Part shown: positions 1-11,900 of the stretch, piece after piece
Position numbering within the stretch: the stretch's first letter is position 1
How the letters are laid out: every line of letters begins with the position of its first letter
Source of the DNA: Chitinophagaceae bacterium
Lineage (GTDB): Bacteria; Bacteroidota; Bacteroidia; Chitinophagales; Chitinophagaceae
Assembly (NCBI GenBank): GCA_031427745.1
Contig: JANPNY010000721.1
Coordinates: forward strand, 618 to 64,617
Direction: 5' to 3'
DNA: 64,000 nucleotides
Notes under the pieces: generated by a model
Seen by the model: only the letters and a program-made list of their open reading frames with translations
Database searches by the model: none
Told to the model about the DNA's origin: nothing
Program-made: the position numbers and the translations under genes

Positions 1-1
1 C

Positions 2-775
2 ATCATTCACAATTCGTTTCTTACTTCCGGTAACGGATTCCGGAACTTCGTTGAAAGATTTTTCGTTACCGGTATTAAATCCCTTATGATTTTTAAGGGG
101 AAGCATTCCAAAGTTTTTATTCAGTTGATGTTCTATATCACCGGGTAGTTTGCCGGCAACAAAAATTACACAATTCCCCTCTACATAATATTGCTGAAAA
201 TGCTTTTTTAGTGCATCGGTAGTAAGTACATCGTAGTCTTCGGCTTTGGTGTATTTGCCATAAGGATGTTGTTCGCCATAGAGATAAGCATCAATAAAAC
301 GGTTGGCAACAAAATCGCATTTTTTTAAATTAACCGATAGCTTTTGTTTGCTGATTTGCTTAAATGTTGCCAGCTCTTCTTCACTGAACACAGCGTCTGT
401 TATTATTTCTTTCAATACAGGAAGCAATACAGGCAGGTGTTTGCTTAATGTGTGCAACGATACGGTAGCTGTTTCATTATAACAGGCCCTTGTGCAGTAC
501 GCACCATAATAGTCAAAATGTTCATTAATTTGAAAAGCCGATTTTGTACTGGTGCCGTTTTTTAATAAATGATTGGTAGCTGCTGCAACGGTATGTTGAG
601 TTTCGTAACTGTTACCGGCAAAAAACACCCATTCAATCTGCAATACCTCCTGTGTACCGGCATTAATGGCAAAAACTTCTACGCCATTATCGAGTACAAA
701 TTTGTCGCAGGGCTTTAAGTGTAAGTCAAATTCAATTGCATCTTTTATATGCGGAGCCTTGGTTCTGTTGAGCAT
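2..775 (-). CDS. M16 (insulinase/pitrilysin) family peptidase subunit, probably non-catalytic; 3' end runs off the window
   Basis: Not in the ORF track. Read manually from ATG at 775: MLNRTKAPHIKDAIEFDLHLKPCDKFVLDNGVEVFAINAGTQEVLQIEWVFFAG...; has NHLLKNGT where HxxEH would lie; directly downstream of an HxxEH M16 gene. Confidence 0.85.
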   Translation of the reverse strand, partial: MLNRTKAPHIKDAIEFDLHLKPCDKFVLDNGVEVFAINAGTQEVLQIEWVFFAGNSYETQHTVAAATNHLLKNGTSTKSAFQINEHFDYYGAYCTRACYNETATVSLHTLSKHLPVLLPVLKEIITDAVFSEEELATFKQISKQKLSVNLKKCDFVANRFIDAYLYGEQHPYGKYTKAEDYDVLTTDALKKHFQQYYVEGNCVIFVAGKLPGDIEHQLNKNFGMLPLKNHKGFNTGNEKSFNEVPESVTGSKKRIVND

Positions 776-829
776 TATTTTACGTCGGGTATTTAATTAA
801 GTATTTATTTAAATGTGCTGCTGTGCGTT

Positions 830-2068
830 TTAATTTTCGGCAAAATAGTAAATGGTATTGCTGTTGTTGTTATCAAACACAATCCTTCCTTCGGCAATTA
901 ATTCGTCTGCTGTTACAGACTGGTATCTTTCCAATTCTGTATTCATCAAATTGGCGTCGCCCAACAGCTCATACATTGCAAGGCTGGTAGCACGGCTCAT
1001 TACACTCATATCTTCAAATGCCATCATACTCTCCGTTTTATTTTTAACCTTTTGCAGTTCATCATCGGTGATGCCTTCATCCAGTAAACGTTTTATTTCT
1101 TCCAATACGGCTGCATCAGCAAGCTTCATATCTACACCTTCCACCAGCTTACCTTCAATAGAAAGTAACCCTGCATCGGTACTGCCATAATGAGAGCATT
1201 CGATATTACTAAACATCTTTTTTTCTTTTACCAAGGCCTGAAACAACCTGCTGGATCCACCTCCACCTAAAATTTCTGTCATCAAATCACATACATAATA
1301 CCTGTTATCAAGCCTTGGATAAATATGCCATGTTTTGTATAAAGCATTGAGTGGCACTTTGGCATTTACCTCCAGGAGCCGGGGGGCTGTTTGCATTGGT
1401 TCAACCGGTACATTGCGGCGGTATTTTTCGCCTGCCGGAATGGGTCCAAACCATTTTTCTGCTAACCGTTTTACCTGTTCTACAGTTACATTGCCCGCCA
1501 CCACTAATACTGCATTGGCAGGTGTGTAGTGTTTGGCAAAGAAATTTTTTACATCCTGCAACACCACATCTTCCACATGTTTCAATTCTTTACCAATTGT
1601 CATCCAGCGGTAAGGGTGAGTAGTATAAGCCAGTTCCCGCATTTTACTGGATGCATCTCCATATGGTTTGTTGATATAATGTTCTTTAAACTCTTCGCAT
1701 ACCACTTTGCGCTGCACATCCAGGCTTTTTTCGCTAAAAGCAAGGCTTAACATACGGTCACTTTCGAGCCAAAAAGCGGTTTCAATATTTTCTGCAGGCA
1801 GCTGGCAATAATAATTGGTAAGATCGTTGGTTGTAAAGGCGTTGTTTTCGCCACCGGCCATTTGCAGGGGTTCGTCGTAGTCTGGGATATTGATGCTGCC
1901 TCCAAACATGAGGTGTTCAAATAAATGTGCAAAGCCGGTTTTTTCCGGGTTTTCGTCTCGTGCGCCTACATCGTAAATTACATCAATAACCGCCATCGGC
2001 GTGCTTTTATCTTCGTGCACTATTACGCTCAACCCGTTGCTGAGTGTAAATTTTTCATATAGAATCAT
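830..2068 (-). CDS. M16 family zinc peptidase (pitrilysin-like), catalytic subunit
   Basis: 412 aa; TLSNGLSVIV N-terminus, GFAHLFEHLMFGGS (inverted zincin HxxEH), NAFTTNDLTNYY, YTPANAVLVVAG. Confidence 0.95.
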   Translation of the reverse strand: MILYEKFTLSNGLSVIVHEDKSTPMAVIDVIYDVGARDENPEKTGFAHLFEHLMFGGSINIPDYDEPLQMAGGENNAFTTNDLTNYYCQLPAENIETAFWLESDRMLSLAFSEKSLDVQRKVVCEEFKEHYINKPYGDASSKMRELAYTTHPYRWMTIGKELKHVEDVVLQDVKNFFAKHYTPANAVLVVAGNVTVEQVKRLAEKWFGPIPAGEKYRRNVPVEPMQTAPRLLEVNAKVPLNALYKTWHIYPRLDNRYYVCDLMTEILGGGGSSRLFQALVKEKKMFSNIECSHYGSTDAGLLSIEGKLVEGVDMKLADAAVLEEIKRLLDEGITDDELQKVKNKTESMMAFEDMSVMSRATSLAMYELLGDANLMNTELERYQSVTADELIAEGRIVFDNNNSNTIYYFAEN

Positions 2069-2072
2069 GCGG

Positions 2073-2080
2073 CAAAGATA
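2073..2080 (-). promoter_or_regulatory. Bacteroidota -7 promoter element (TAnnTTTG) immediately before the M16 start codon
   Basis: Minus strand reads TATCTTTG-CCGC-ATG; exact consensus match 4 nt from the ATG at 2068. Confidence 0.65.
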
Positions 2081-2170
2081 AAGGGAGCAATATAAAACGG
2101 CGGGAACATTTTTAAGTCGGTATTTAAAATTTACCTGTTTAAACAGATATTGATTTCAGGATTAATTTTA

Positions 2171-3361
2171 TCACAAAATGCTGATGGGTTTAACAACTAT
2201 CTGCATCAATTCATCATTTCTTCTGATAAGTATTTTTATTTTTCCGGTAACATCCTGTAAAATGGTTTTGTATTGCATAATGTTGTTGCTGAAATTGTTG
2301 CCCACACCTAATACAATATCATTTGGTTTAAGCCCTGCTTTTTCTCCCGGTGAACCTACAGCAACATCATCAACTATAATAGAACCATCTACATAATACA
2401 TCGCAATACCAGTGTAAGCATAATCAAAAGGCTCAAAAATATGGCTATTGGGTAAGATGTGGATTTCTCTTTGCGGGTAGTTAATAATAATATTAAAACG
2501 CCTTAATAAATCATTGCCTAACAACCCACCTACAAATGGATAGGATGTTACGTTAAAATCATCCTGAAATATAAACGTGGGCACGTTCCTGAATTTGTAC
2601 CGGCCAATTTGAACCAACTTTACTACAGTAAGTTTCATATGTAATTTGCCCCCCATGCCCTCTGCCTGTGTTACAATTGTTTTTTTTCTTTTTAGTAATA
2701 CACTGCTGTCATTGGCAAATGCTTCACTCATTAAAAAGCAAAGTCCTGCACCCGTGTCAAAATAAAAATTAAAATCAATTTTTCTTTTGTCTTTAATATG
2801 AACATTCTGGATGGGTAGGGTGGTAAAGGCTGGCCTTAATATAGTGCCATCCTTTGGATATTGTATTTCACCAGGAGTGTACACGTCAATTTTAAGACTG
2901 TCAAAATTCATTTTTACAATGTAGCGGCTAAAAAAACTATAACCTATAACACCATTAATTTTTTCTCCATAAACACTGGACAATACATCGTAATTGTTAA
3001 TATGGAAATTGAGACGGTTTATTGTAAGGCCTTTAAAATGCAGTTGCTGGTTGTAAGCAAACCTCACCCTTCGTGCAGAACCCATGCCGGTGATAGTGGT
3101 ATCAGATTGGCGGGAGGCGATTTGATAGTCTGCACAGGTGGAAGAATCAAGTGAAATACCGCCACTGCCCGTATCCAGAATAAAATTAAACGTATCCTTT
3201 ATGTTGTTCAGTTGCGCCTGCACAATCATTACACCACCACTGTATTGTTTAAAAGAAAAACTGGTAATAAATTTTGCCGCTGGCAATGGCTTTAATAATT
3301 CCTGTGCTAAACCACTAAAAAAAAGGATTGATAAAAATAAGTTACATACAAAATACTTCAT
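2171..3361 (-). CDS. Secreted tandem retropepsin-like aspartyl protease with C-terminal PDZ domain
   Basis: Signal peptide; two D-T-G motifs (ILDTGSG, YFDTGAG), GVIGYSFF and GLLGNDLL; PDZ-like GSPGEKAGLKPNDIVL. Confidence 0.9.
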   Translation of the reverse strand: MKYFVCNLFLSILFFSGLAQELLKPLPAAKFITSFSFKQYSGGVMIVQAQLNNIKDTFNFILDTGSGGISLDSSTCADYQIASRQSDTTITGMGSARRVRFAYNQQLHFKGLTINRLNFHINNYDVLSSVYGEKINGVIGYSFFSRYIVKMNFDSLKIDVYTPGEIQYPKDGTILRPAFTTLPIQNVHIKDKRKIDFNFYFDTGAGLCFLMSEAFANDSSVLLKRKKTIVTQAEGMGGKLHMKLTVVKLVQIGRYKFRNVPTFIFQDDFNVTSYPFVGGLLGNDLLRRFNIIINYPQREIHILPNSHIFEPFDYAYTGIAMYYVDGSIIVDDVAVGSPGEKAGLKPNDIVLGVGNNFSNNIMQYKTILQDVTGKIKILIRRNDELMQIVVKPISIL

Positions 3362-3400
3362 ACTACAAGCTAATTTACTAAATATACAACCTAATGAATG

Positions 3401-3408
3401 TACTTTTG
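3401..3408 (+). promoter_or_regulatory. Bacteroidota -7 promoter element upstream of mqnC
   Basis: TACTTTTG matches TAnnTTTG, 23 nt before ATG 3432, in the divergent intergenic gap. Confidence 0.55.
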
Positions 3409-3431
3409 TTGTTTATTACTTAAACGGAATT

Positions 3432-4556
3432 ATGAACAAAGAAGCATTATTAAAAAAGGCGCTCAACTTTGAATGGCTTACGGTTGAAGAAGGCGTTTTT
3501 TTATTTGAAAACGCTGCATTAACAGAGTTGATGTTTGTAGCAGATGAATTAAGGAAAATACAGGTGCCGCATGGCAAGGTAACCTGGATTATTGACCGCA
3601 ACCTTAATACCACAAACGTGTGTATTGCCAACTGTAAGTTTTGTAATTTCTATCGCATACCGGGTCATCCTGAAGCCTATATTACGGATATTGAAACCTA
3701 CAAAAAAAAGATAGAAGAAACCATCCGCTATGGCGGTGAGCAATTGTTATTACAAGGTGGTCATCACCCGGATTTGGGGTTAAGTTATTATGTTGGTTTA
3801 TTTAAAGAACTAAAAAGCCTGTACCCCAACATTAAATTACATACGCTTGGTCCACCGGAAGTAGCACACATTACCAAGTTAGAAAAAAGTACTCATCGGG
3901 AAGTACTGATGGCATTGAAAGAAGCAGGCCTTGATAGTTTGCCAGGCCCCGGAGCTGAAATTCTTACCGACCGGGTAAGGCGGCTGATCAGCAAAGGAAA
4001 ATGTGGTAGCCAGGAGTGGCTGGATGTAATGCATGAGGCACACAAGCTCAATATTACTACCAGTGCAACCATGATGTTTGGACACGTAGAAACGACCACT
4101 GAAAGATTTGAGCATTTGGCTAAACTAAGGGAAGTGCAAAGCCGGAAACCAGCAGCCGCAAAGGGTTTTATTGCATTTATTCCATGGACATTTCAGGATG
4201 TGGATACCTTGCTGGCAAAAATAAGGGGCGTGCACAATTTAACCACACCAGAAGAATATATCCGCATGATTGCCATGAGCCGCATTATGTTGCCGAATGT
4301 AAAAAACATACAGGCAAGCTGGCTTACTGTTGGTAAAAAAACAGCGCAATTGTGTTTAAACGCAGGTGCCAACGATTTTGGAAGCATTATGATTGAAGAG
4401 AATGTTGTGAGTGCAGCAGGAGCACCGCACCGCTTTACCAGCAAAGGTATTCAGGAGGCGATCCGTGAAGCTGGTTTTGAACCACAGTTGCGCAACCAGC
4501 AATACGAATTTAGGGCCATGCCTGCCGTAATGGAAGAACAGTTGATTGAATATTAA
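3432..4556 (+). CDS. mqnC: Cyclic dehypoxanthinyl futalosine synthase (CofH/MqnC radical SAM)
   Basis: DRNLNTTNVCIANCKFCNF (CxxxCxxC), QLLLQGGHHP, DSLPGPGAEIL, GANDFGSIMIEENVVSAAG; start moved from the track's 3138 to ATG 3432 (MNKEALLKK) to avoid overlapping the divergent gene. Confidence 0.88.
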   Translation: MNKEALLKKALNFEWLTVEEGVFLFENAALTELMFVADELRKIQVPHGKVTWIIDRNLNTTNVCIANCKFCNFYRIPGHPEAYITDIETYKKKIEETIRYGGEQLLLQGGHHPDLGLSYYVGLFKELKSLYPNIKLHTLGPPEVAHITKLEKSTHREVLMALKEAGLDSLPGPGAEILTDRVRRLISKGKCGSQEWLDVMHEAHKLNITTSATMMFGHVETTTERFEHLAKLREVQSRKPAAAKGFIAFIPWTFQDVDTLLAKIRGVHNLTTPEEYIRMIAMSRIMLPNVKNIQASWLTVGKKTAQLCLNAGANDFGSIMIEENVVSAAGAPHRFTSKGIQEAIREAGFEPQLRNQQYEFRAMPAVMEEQLIEY

Positions 4557-4718
4557 TAGCATAGTGAGCACAACAAAATATTTCGATATTTTTTAGAGAG
4601 TACAAATGCCCTTTTTTAGAAAGAGACTATAAATATTACAATGGTTTGTTGCTACAGTTTCAGTTAAACAATAATTTAACTTCGACTACGTTTTAAATTT
4701 AATAAAACCACCTATGAA

Positions 4719-4859
4719 ATGAATCAGGTAGCTAATAAAACCCAGGTAACCATACTAATTAATGTTGTAAAAAACTTTTTTTTCAGGATGATAAAACCTC
4801 AGGAAGAATACCCGGTTAAATATTATAAGAGAGATCGGCATTATAACAAAAATAAGTAG
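4719..4859 (+). CDS. Possible 46-aa small protein (MNQVANKTQVTILINVVKNFFFRMIKPQEEYPVKYYKRDRHYNKNK)
   Basis: Manually read ATG..TAG frame below the track cutoff; A-rich upstream; no recognisable motif. Confidence 0.2.
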   Translation: MNQVANKTQVTILINVVKNFFFRMIKPQEEYPVKYYKRDRHYNKNK

Positions 4860-5046
4860 CTATGCAGACTCGAGTAAACTTATAACTATTCTATGTTTTA
4901 TTAACAACCCTCTTTGGGCGAACGCTTTGAATAAGGTTTTTAAAAGCTATCTCTTGATTGATTAATTTAGCAGTGATTATAACGGAAAATCATTGTATTT
5001 CTATTTCACTATTTCTTTCAAAAACGGCTTTATCGTATTTTTATAT

Positions 5047-5772
5047 ATGGTTTCAATCAAAAAAAAGCAACTTTTTTTTGTATTAACAGAAAACTGGTTT
5101 CAATATAAATTTGAGTGGACAGATCTTTTTCTCCTGGTGTGCTACAGAGGGTTAAGAGATGCCGGCGATTTAAATTTTTGGGGCATAAAGAAACTTACCA
5201 GAACTGTAGTCCTTCCATTAGATGAACCAATTGAAATTATACATGCCAATTTCAGCACCTCCAATAAAAGAAGTATAAAAAAATCACATGCCCAGGGAGT
5301 AGCTTGTTTTTTTAATAATGACAGAAAAGCATTCATAGATTTTTATAACGTTTTTGCTAAAGAAAAAAAATTACAACCATTAGATAAAAGAAGGGCTGGT
5401 GAATATGAAGGGGAGTTTTGGAAATGCAGTTATGCAATTTTGAATGGTGAAATATTAGTTGCACACTCATACATAGAGGATTTAGGTTCAGGTATTGTAC
5501 GATCAATGGAGTCTGGATCGATACGCTTACATAGCGATTATAACCCCCGTGATATTGCTGATGCAAATAAATTATTGCACTATTTTGACTTACAATATTT
5601 TAAAGAAAGGGGATTAAAGTTTTATGATTTTGGTGGATGGGATGATTTGCCTGGTTTACTTGATTTTAAAAAATCTTTTGGAGGGTATCCAATAGAGGTA
5701 CATAATTTCTTCTCTTATAGCTATGCTTTAAAAGAAATTCTTAAAAAATTAGGGAAAAGTCTAAAAAGCTAG
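5047..5772 (+). CDS. FemAB-like GNAT-fold protein (single domain), paralog of 58318..59061
   Basis: AHSYIED, ANKLLHYFDLQYFKERGLKFYDFGG, GLLDFKKSFGG resemble the FemABX C-terminal motifs; start set at ATG 5047 (MVSIKKK) by alignment with the paralog (MITYKKK). Confidence 0.75.
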   Translation: MVSIKKKQLFFVLTENWFQYKFEWTDLFLLVCYRGLRDAGDLNFWGIKKLTRTVVLPLDEPIEIIHANFSTSNKRSIKKSHAQGVACFFNNDRKAFIDFYNVFAKEKKLQPLDKRRAGEYEGEFWKCSYAILNGEILVAHSYIEDLGSGIVRSMESGSIRLHSDYNPRDIADANKLLHYFDLQYFKERGLKFYDFGGWDDLPGLLDFKKSFGGYPIEVHNFFSYSYALKEILKKLGKSLKS

Positions 5773-5802
5773 ACTCGGTTACTGCCGGTAAAAAAAAATT
5801 TC

Positions 5803-5840
5803 AGAGGCTGTCTCAAAAGTATGAGTCAGCCTCTTTTTTA
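5803..5840 (+). terminator. Rho-independent terminator hairpin between convergent genes
   Basis: AGAGGCTG-TCTCA-aaagta-TGAGT-CAGCCTCT followed by a T run; A-run upstream suggests bidirectional use. Confidence 0.7.
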
Positions 5841-5985
5841 TGGAATATATTTTAATGGCTATGGGAGATAAAATTTATGATAGTCATTTTAAAAGACAGC
5901 TTTCGCAATAGGATTTACAGACGACCCTACAACCCGCCGCAAAACTTATTCGGCTTAGGTCCTGATTCTCCACCCTGTTAATTTG

Positions 5986-8900
5986 TTATTGCACTATCAC
6001 TTTAATGGTATGCTTGTTATCCTGGGTAACAATTTCCATCTGATAAATTCCTGCGCTTAAACCACGTTCAGACGTAAACACTACCATTGAACTTCCGCCC
6101 GGATGGGTAAGCTGCTTTGTAAGCATTATCTGGCCCAATGAATTTATTAATCTTATTTGATAAGCCCCTTTCTCCATATTATTAAATGCAATCCCAATCT
6201 GGTTATCTTTTAAAGGGTTAGGGTAAACACTGATTCCTGTGCCTGTTTTACCCAATTTTACCAACACAATTTTGCTATAATCAAAACTGCCACTTTGGTT
6301 GTAACTGCGAATGCGATAAAAATTATTTCCCTGCAAAGGGGTAATATCTAAAAAGTTGTAGGTAGTACTGCTATTGTTTGTACCAGTTGCAACGGTGGTA
6401 TTAATTTTTACAAAATTTATTCCGTTCGTACTTTTTTCTACATCGTATTTACTGATGTTGATTTCATTTTCAACTGTCCATTTTACAGCAATGGCTGTAT
6501 TTTGCTGGGTGGCACTAATACTGGTAAACTTAACCGGTAATGGAAGCACTTTCAAAAACACTACACGAAACCTATCCGCAACAGCCGATGCAGGATCGGT
6601 AGTGATAGAAAAATTGACAGCTGTTGTACCATTCATGTGAATGAGGGTATTGTTATCCAGAAATTTATCTTCTAAATAACCAACGAGATTGTTATCAAAA
6701 TTTTCGGCAACAAACTCTAATCGGTAAGACTGTCGCTTAACCTTATTAAAATTAAAAAATATAGTATCGGTATCAACAAGGGATTGTCTTGCTTCCACTA
6801 TCAATGTTTGGCTCCCCTTTTGTATTCCGAAGTTTTCTGTAAAATTGTTCATCTTCAGGGCGTCTTTACCATCAATTACATTAGAGTAATCGTCACTGAA
6901 AACTACCACATTGGCGTCAATCATATTATTGTTAGCATTGCTGGTATTGTACAAATGCGATGTAAAAATTTGGCGGGTTGCACCCGTAATGCCAGCAGGC
7001 CGGGAAACTAAACGGCTTTGAGCTATTTTACTGCTTTCAAGTAGCGTTACGGATCCGTTGCTGGCTGTTGAATTATAAACCATAAATGCCTGGCCGGATT
7101 CTATCCTTTGGTTTGCTGTATTAACATCATAGTTACCTCCGGAAATTAAAGGCTTCCAACCATTAACAGAAGCAAATTTAACCCAAGCCCCCAGTGAACC
7201 TAATTTGGGGTCCCAAACATCAAAAGATTCACTTATATTCAACTTGTTTAGTAAACTAAAATCTATGGCAGCAGCATAGTTGTTGCCAATAGCGGCAAAC
7301 TTTCCCGCTGTTACTGTAACGGCTGGTAAATTTCCCTGAAACAGTGTTCCTTTTGTTCTTGTTAAAACCGTAGTTGGTATTGCAGCAGTACCCATACTTG
7401 GTAGTACAGATCTATCGCCACGACTAAAAAGCATATAGGAATTATTGCCCCCTACAGCTGATATGGCGACATTGGTAGCTGCTGCCCCGGCCCACACATT
7501 GGTTGCGGCATTATAGGTAAGTAAAGAATTACTCGGTGATAAAAAATCGAACCCGGCAGCAGCCCAACCACCAAGGTTTGAAGTAATGATGGTGCCGTAA
7601 CCAGTACCGGGATTTACACCAGCAGCCTGGTTTTCCTGCCAGGATTGTTTAATGGTTTGCCCTACCGTTGGTGCGGCTAAAAACCGCCAGGCTCTTTTTA
7701 CATCTAAAAAACGTTCTACAGTAACATCACCAATAATGTACCCACCTGCAATAGCTACCGCAGCTACTCTTGCTGTGCCAAAGCCATTCGATTTTATGGT
7801 GAGATTACCACTCGATGTTAGCTTTGAAGTACCGGTAATACTTACAGTGCCTTCACTATTGGCGGCTGCACCGCCTGTAATTTCTAATGGTGTACCAAGC
7901 GTTGGGTTAGCGGCATTTAATAAAGTAAGATTTTTTAAAACTTGCTTACCGGAAGTAAAATTAATATTAAATGATGAACTGCTTGTATTTCCCAACGTTA
8001 AGTTTGAAGTAGCAGAACCACTCAAAGTTCCGAGACCACTTGGGATACCTGTGCTAAAATTGATGGTAGTACCATTGATAGTTAATGTGTTTCCGTTGAT
8101 GTCAAGAACATCGGTTGCGGAGCCAGTAATAAAGTTGCCAGATAAAGGTGTTTTATCGATCGTTAAATCAGAGCCTAACAGTACAATGGTAGGTGTTGTG
8201 CGGTTAATAGTTAACTGTCCGGTTATGTTTCCACCAGTTGCAAATCGCAAAGTACCCACTGGTAAAATACCACCACGTATAGATAAAGTTGAACTTTTAT
8301 CTGCATAAATGTTGCCGGTAGTACTAGCTAATCCAGCAAACCGCAGGTTCTTTGCTGCCTGTGTTAGGGTGGATGCTGTAAGATCAAGTGTTCCATTTGC
8401 CACAATTGCCCTGTTTAATGTAACATTGGCATTAATGGTAAGATTTGCCATAGTTGCAATAGTGTCGGGGAAAGGTGTGGTGGTAGCACCATTAAATACA
8501 TAATTAGCAGAAGGGTTATAGGTTTTCGCCACTTTTAAAGTATCATTAATAATGGTACCATTTGTTCCGTTGGTAGCTGTGCCTTCTATACCTCCGGTAT
8601 TGGCCGTAATAAAAGTTGCTCCGCTGTTTAAATTAAAAATAGCATTGCCTGTTCCGTTGCTGATGATATTGTTGGTACTGCAATTTATTGACGCATTTGT
8701 TCTAACACGTATCGTACTCTTATTAGCAGTAAAAGTAGAAGCCAATAAATCTATCGAACTGCCTAATATTAAATTACTGGCAATAGTGCCATTACCTACT
8801 GTAAAATTTACCCTTCCGTTTTTAAAGGTAGTAGAAGTATTGCTGTAAGTTTGGGGGGTAACAGCATTGAATACAACTGTACCATTGTTAGTATTATCGG

Positions 8901-11900
8901 TTGTAGTGCCCATCAATTGTCCGTTGCCGCTAATGGTTAAATTACCTGCAAGGTTTAAGGTAGTAGCTCCGGTTGTTCCGGTATTCATATCTACCTGCCC
9001 TGTGGTAATCGGGCTGGATAACAATCCTCCAATACTTAAATTACCCAGTACAAATAAAGTTCTGTTACCAGCTCCACTACCTATTTTTAATGTTGCCGAA
9101 GATGTAACAGTAGCTATTGCAGAATCCATCCCTATGGATAAATTGCCGCCAATGATAATGCTATCTTTTTCCATAGAGCGGGTGCCGCTGGAAACAACGA
9201 TATTTTCGTAGTTTTTTGCACCGGAAACTGCTGGAAAAAGTTGTGGTATAATATCAGACCCTGTGCTGAAATTTACGGTGCTGCCATCAACAATAAAACC
9301 TTTACCAGCTGAAAAAGGAACAATTACAATTGACGCAACTGTTTGATTAGAACTTGCTAAAGGCACCTGTAGTTTTCCGGTAATACCGATGGTATCAGTG
9401 TTGCTTAATGTAACATTTCTGTTGCCACCCTGTATTACAATATTGGGATATTTAAATGCCGGCGTTACTCCATTGGTTTTAAAGCCAGTAATAGTTTGAT
9501 CAACCACCCCATTAAATACAAAAGAAACATTTTTTATTACCTGTTTATAATTGGTAAGTGAGTTTGAAAACTTACCAAGTATATATAAATTAGTATTATC
9601 TGCAATCTCAAATTTATAGCCCTTATGATTACCACTAAATTCAAGATCATTAAAAGTGTGGTTATACAGGTAATAGACGTAATCTTTATTGCCGATAGTA
9701 AAAAAATTGATTTTAGAACCAGTAACTGTATAGGCCCCGGTGCCCCGGTCGTAGTTACGGATGTAAATAACATTTGCCGGGTTAGTGGCACCTAAGGGAT
9801 CTAAAATTCTGGGGCCGTTGCCCGAATTTTCGATATTTTCCGGATAAGGAAAGCCGGGAATAGTTTGTGTTCCAGCAGAACTAAAGTTTACAGTTGTAAA
9901 ACTTGCGAATGGCGCCGTAGGGGGATTAGTAAAATTTGTTAGACTACTCACATCAAATACGTTAGCAATATGAATGTATGCTTTCGTTGAATTATTAGGT
10001 AATCCCAATCTTATAACAGCTCCGCCCCTGTTACCCGTAATTTTTAAATTATAATAATTACCCGGTGGCACATATTGTGCGCCGGTACCCGCAAGCGTAA
10101 ATGTGTTAGCGTTTGTAGTAACGTCCGGTGCACCACCATTTAAGGTATATATTCCAGTAATGGTTATGTTAGCCGGAAACCTTTTTACGGCAGTGCCTGC
10201 TATAGACAAATTGGTATACGGAAGATCCACCAGTGTTTGTATTCCGCCGGATTGAGCATAAGTAAATATGCTGGTAGAACTGAATACAGCGTTGCCGGTA
10301 AAACTCACTGCATCAAAAACGTTTATTCTGGCATTACCTGCCATGGTTAATGTAATACCGCTCCCTACTGTTAACTGGTAAATATTAATATTGTCTGTTG
10401 TATTAATTGTTGGTTGTGTACCTGTAGTAGAATTGATAATTGCAATTTCTGTAGATGCACTGGGATAACCAAGTGCGGTACTCGTCCAGTTTGCAGAGTT
10501 GGTCCAATCCCCATTGGCACCTGCTCCAGTCCAGGTGAACATTATAATAATTAAAGGGTTGTTTGCTGCACCCCCTATGTACAAATTTTGATTGTTAATA
10601 TTTGCCATACCTAAACCAGATTTGCCAGTAACAGGTACAGCATTACTACCCGTATTAGGGTTAATCCAGGTTCCAAAACTTGTAACACCATCTGTAAGGC
10701 GTAAGTCGTCATAAAAATCTACCGAACCAATATTAGCTGCAACGGCCGACAGTGAAATGGTAGAAGATCCACAATTAAATGTCCCATAAGAAATTGTCCA
10801 GAAAGTATTGGTTCTTTTATTCAAATTGATGGTACCATCAATTATAGATATAGGTGAAGTATTAACAACAGGCGTATGACTTACAAAAATCATCCCGGCT
10901 GTACCACCTGTTAAAGTTGCCGAAGAAAAAAATACATTCAGGGCCCTGTCATTTGCGCCTGTTCCTAAGGGAAAAAGAGAGGTGGCCCCCGGTGTAGTCG
11001 GTAAGCCGGTTGTAGGAAAAAACCTGCCCAATGTTCCGGAAGAAATAAAACCGCTGGTATAACTCAACTGGTTTGTTAAAGTTGTATTGGTAAGTGATAG
11101 CACGTTGCCGGTGCCTACGTCAAGGTTTCCGCCTTGTAATTTTAATGTGCCAGCAATTGTTCTGCTAAACGCAGCCGGAAAGCTAACCCCTAATGTATTA
11201 CTTGCAGCAACCGTAAGATTAAGGGGGCCATTGCTGTTAGGGAATTCAACTGCCGTTGCGGTTTGCAGCAAAGAACTGGAATAAACCAGCTCTGTAGGAT
11301 TCGTTGCTGTACCGGTATATTTTAATACGGCTGTTGCATCTGCGGGGGTAATTATCCCTGCCATTGTACAGGTTGCAGGTGTACTGCTGCTTGTGTTAAA
11401 AACATTTAGTACAGTGCCTGTTGATAAAAAAACCCCGGTAGCATTGGTATTACTCACTGTTATATTCGACCGGCCAGCCACAGGCGCAAACCAGTTGCCG
11501 GCAATGTTTACATTTTGTGTACCAACCCCGGAAAATTCAATCGTTGTTTGAGCGGATGAACTGCTACTGGATGTTGACCATGTAGAAGTACCTGATTTAA
11601 TTACAGCCCCCTTTAAATTTAATTTAGCTGTTCCAACAGATGCCCCACCTACACCATCGAGCACTCCACCCGAATGTGTAAAAGTTCCATTAACAGTCAA
11701 TGTACTACTGCCCGATGCTGTTTGTAATATAATATTTCCGCCGGTTTGGGCATAACTTCCACAGGAAATAATGGCATCGAATAAACGTATATAATTATTG
11801 TTTGTATTTACAATTGAAAAAGTACCATTTATGTATATTGCTGATGAAGGAAGTATAAAGTCAACATCTCCAAGTTGAGCGGCACAGTTCCAGGTAAAAT

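Noticed and set aside
3138-3431. N-terminal extension of the mqnC ORF given by the track
   Set aside because: Overlaps the divergent aspartyl protease gene; a promoter element at 3401 and family-like sequence from 3432 support the shorter start
7652-8308. 218-aa plus-strand ORF and the many other short antisense ORFs in the track
   Set aside because: Antisense shadows of well-supported genes; composition (V/P/L-rich) mirrors the opposite-strand codons and shows no motifs
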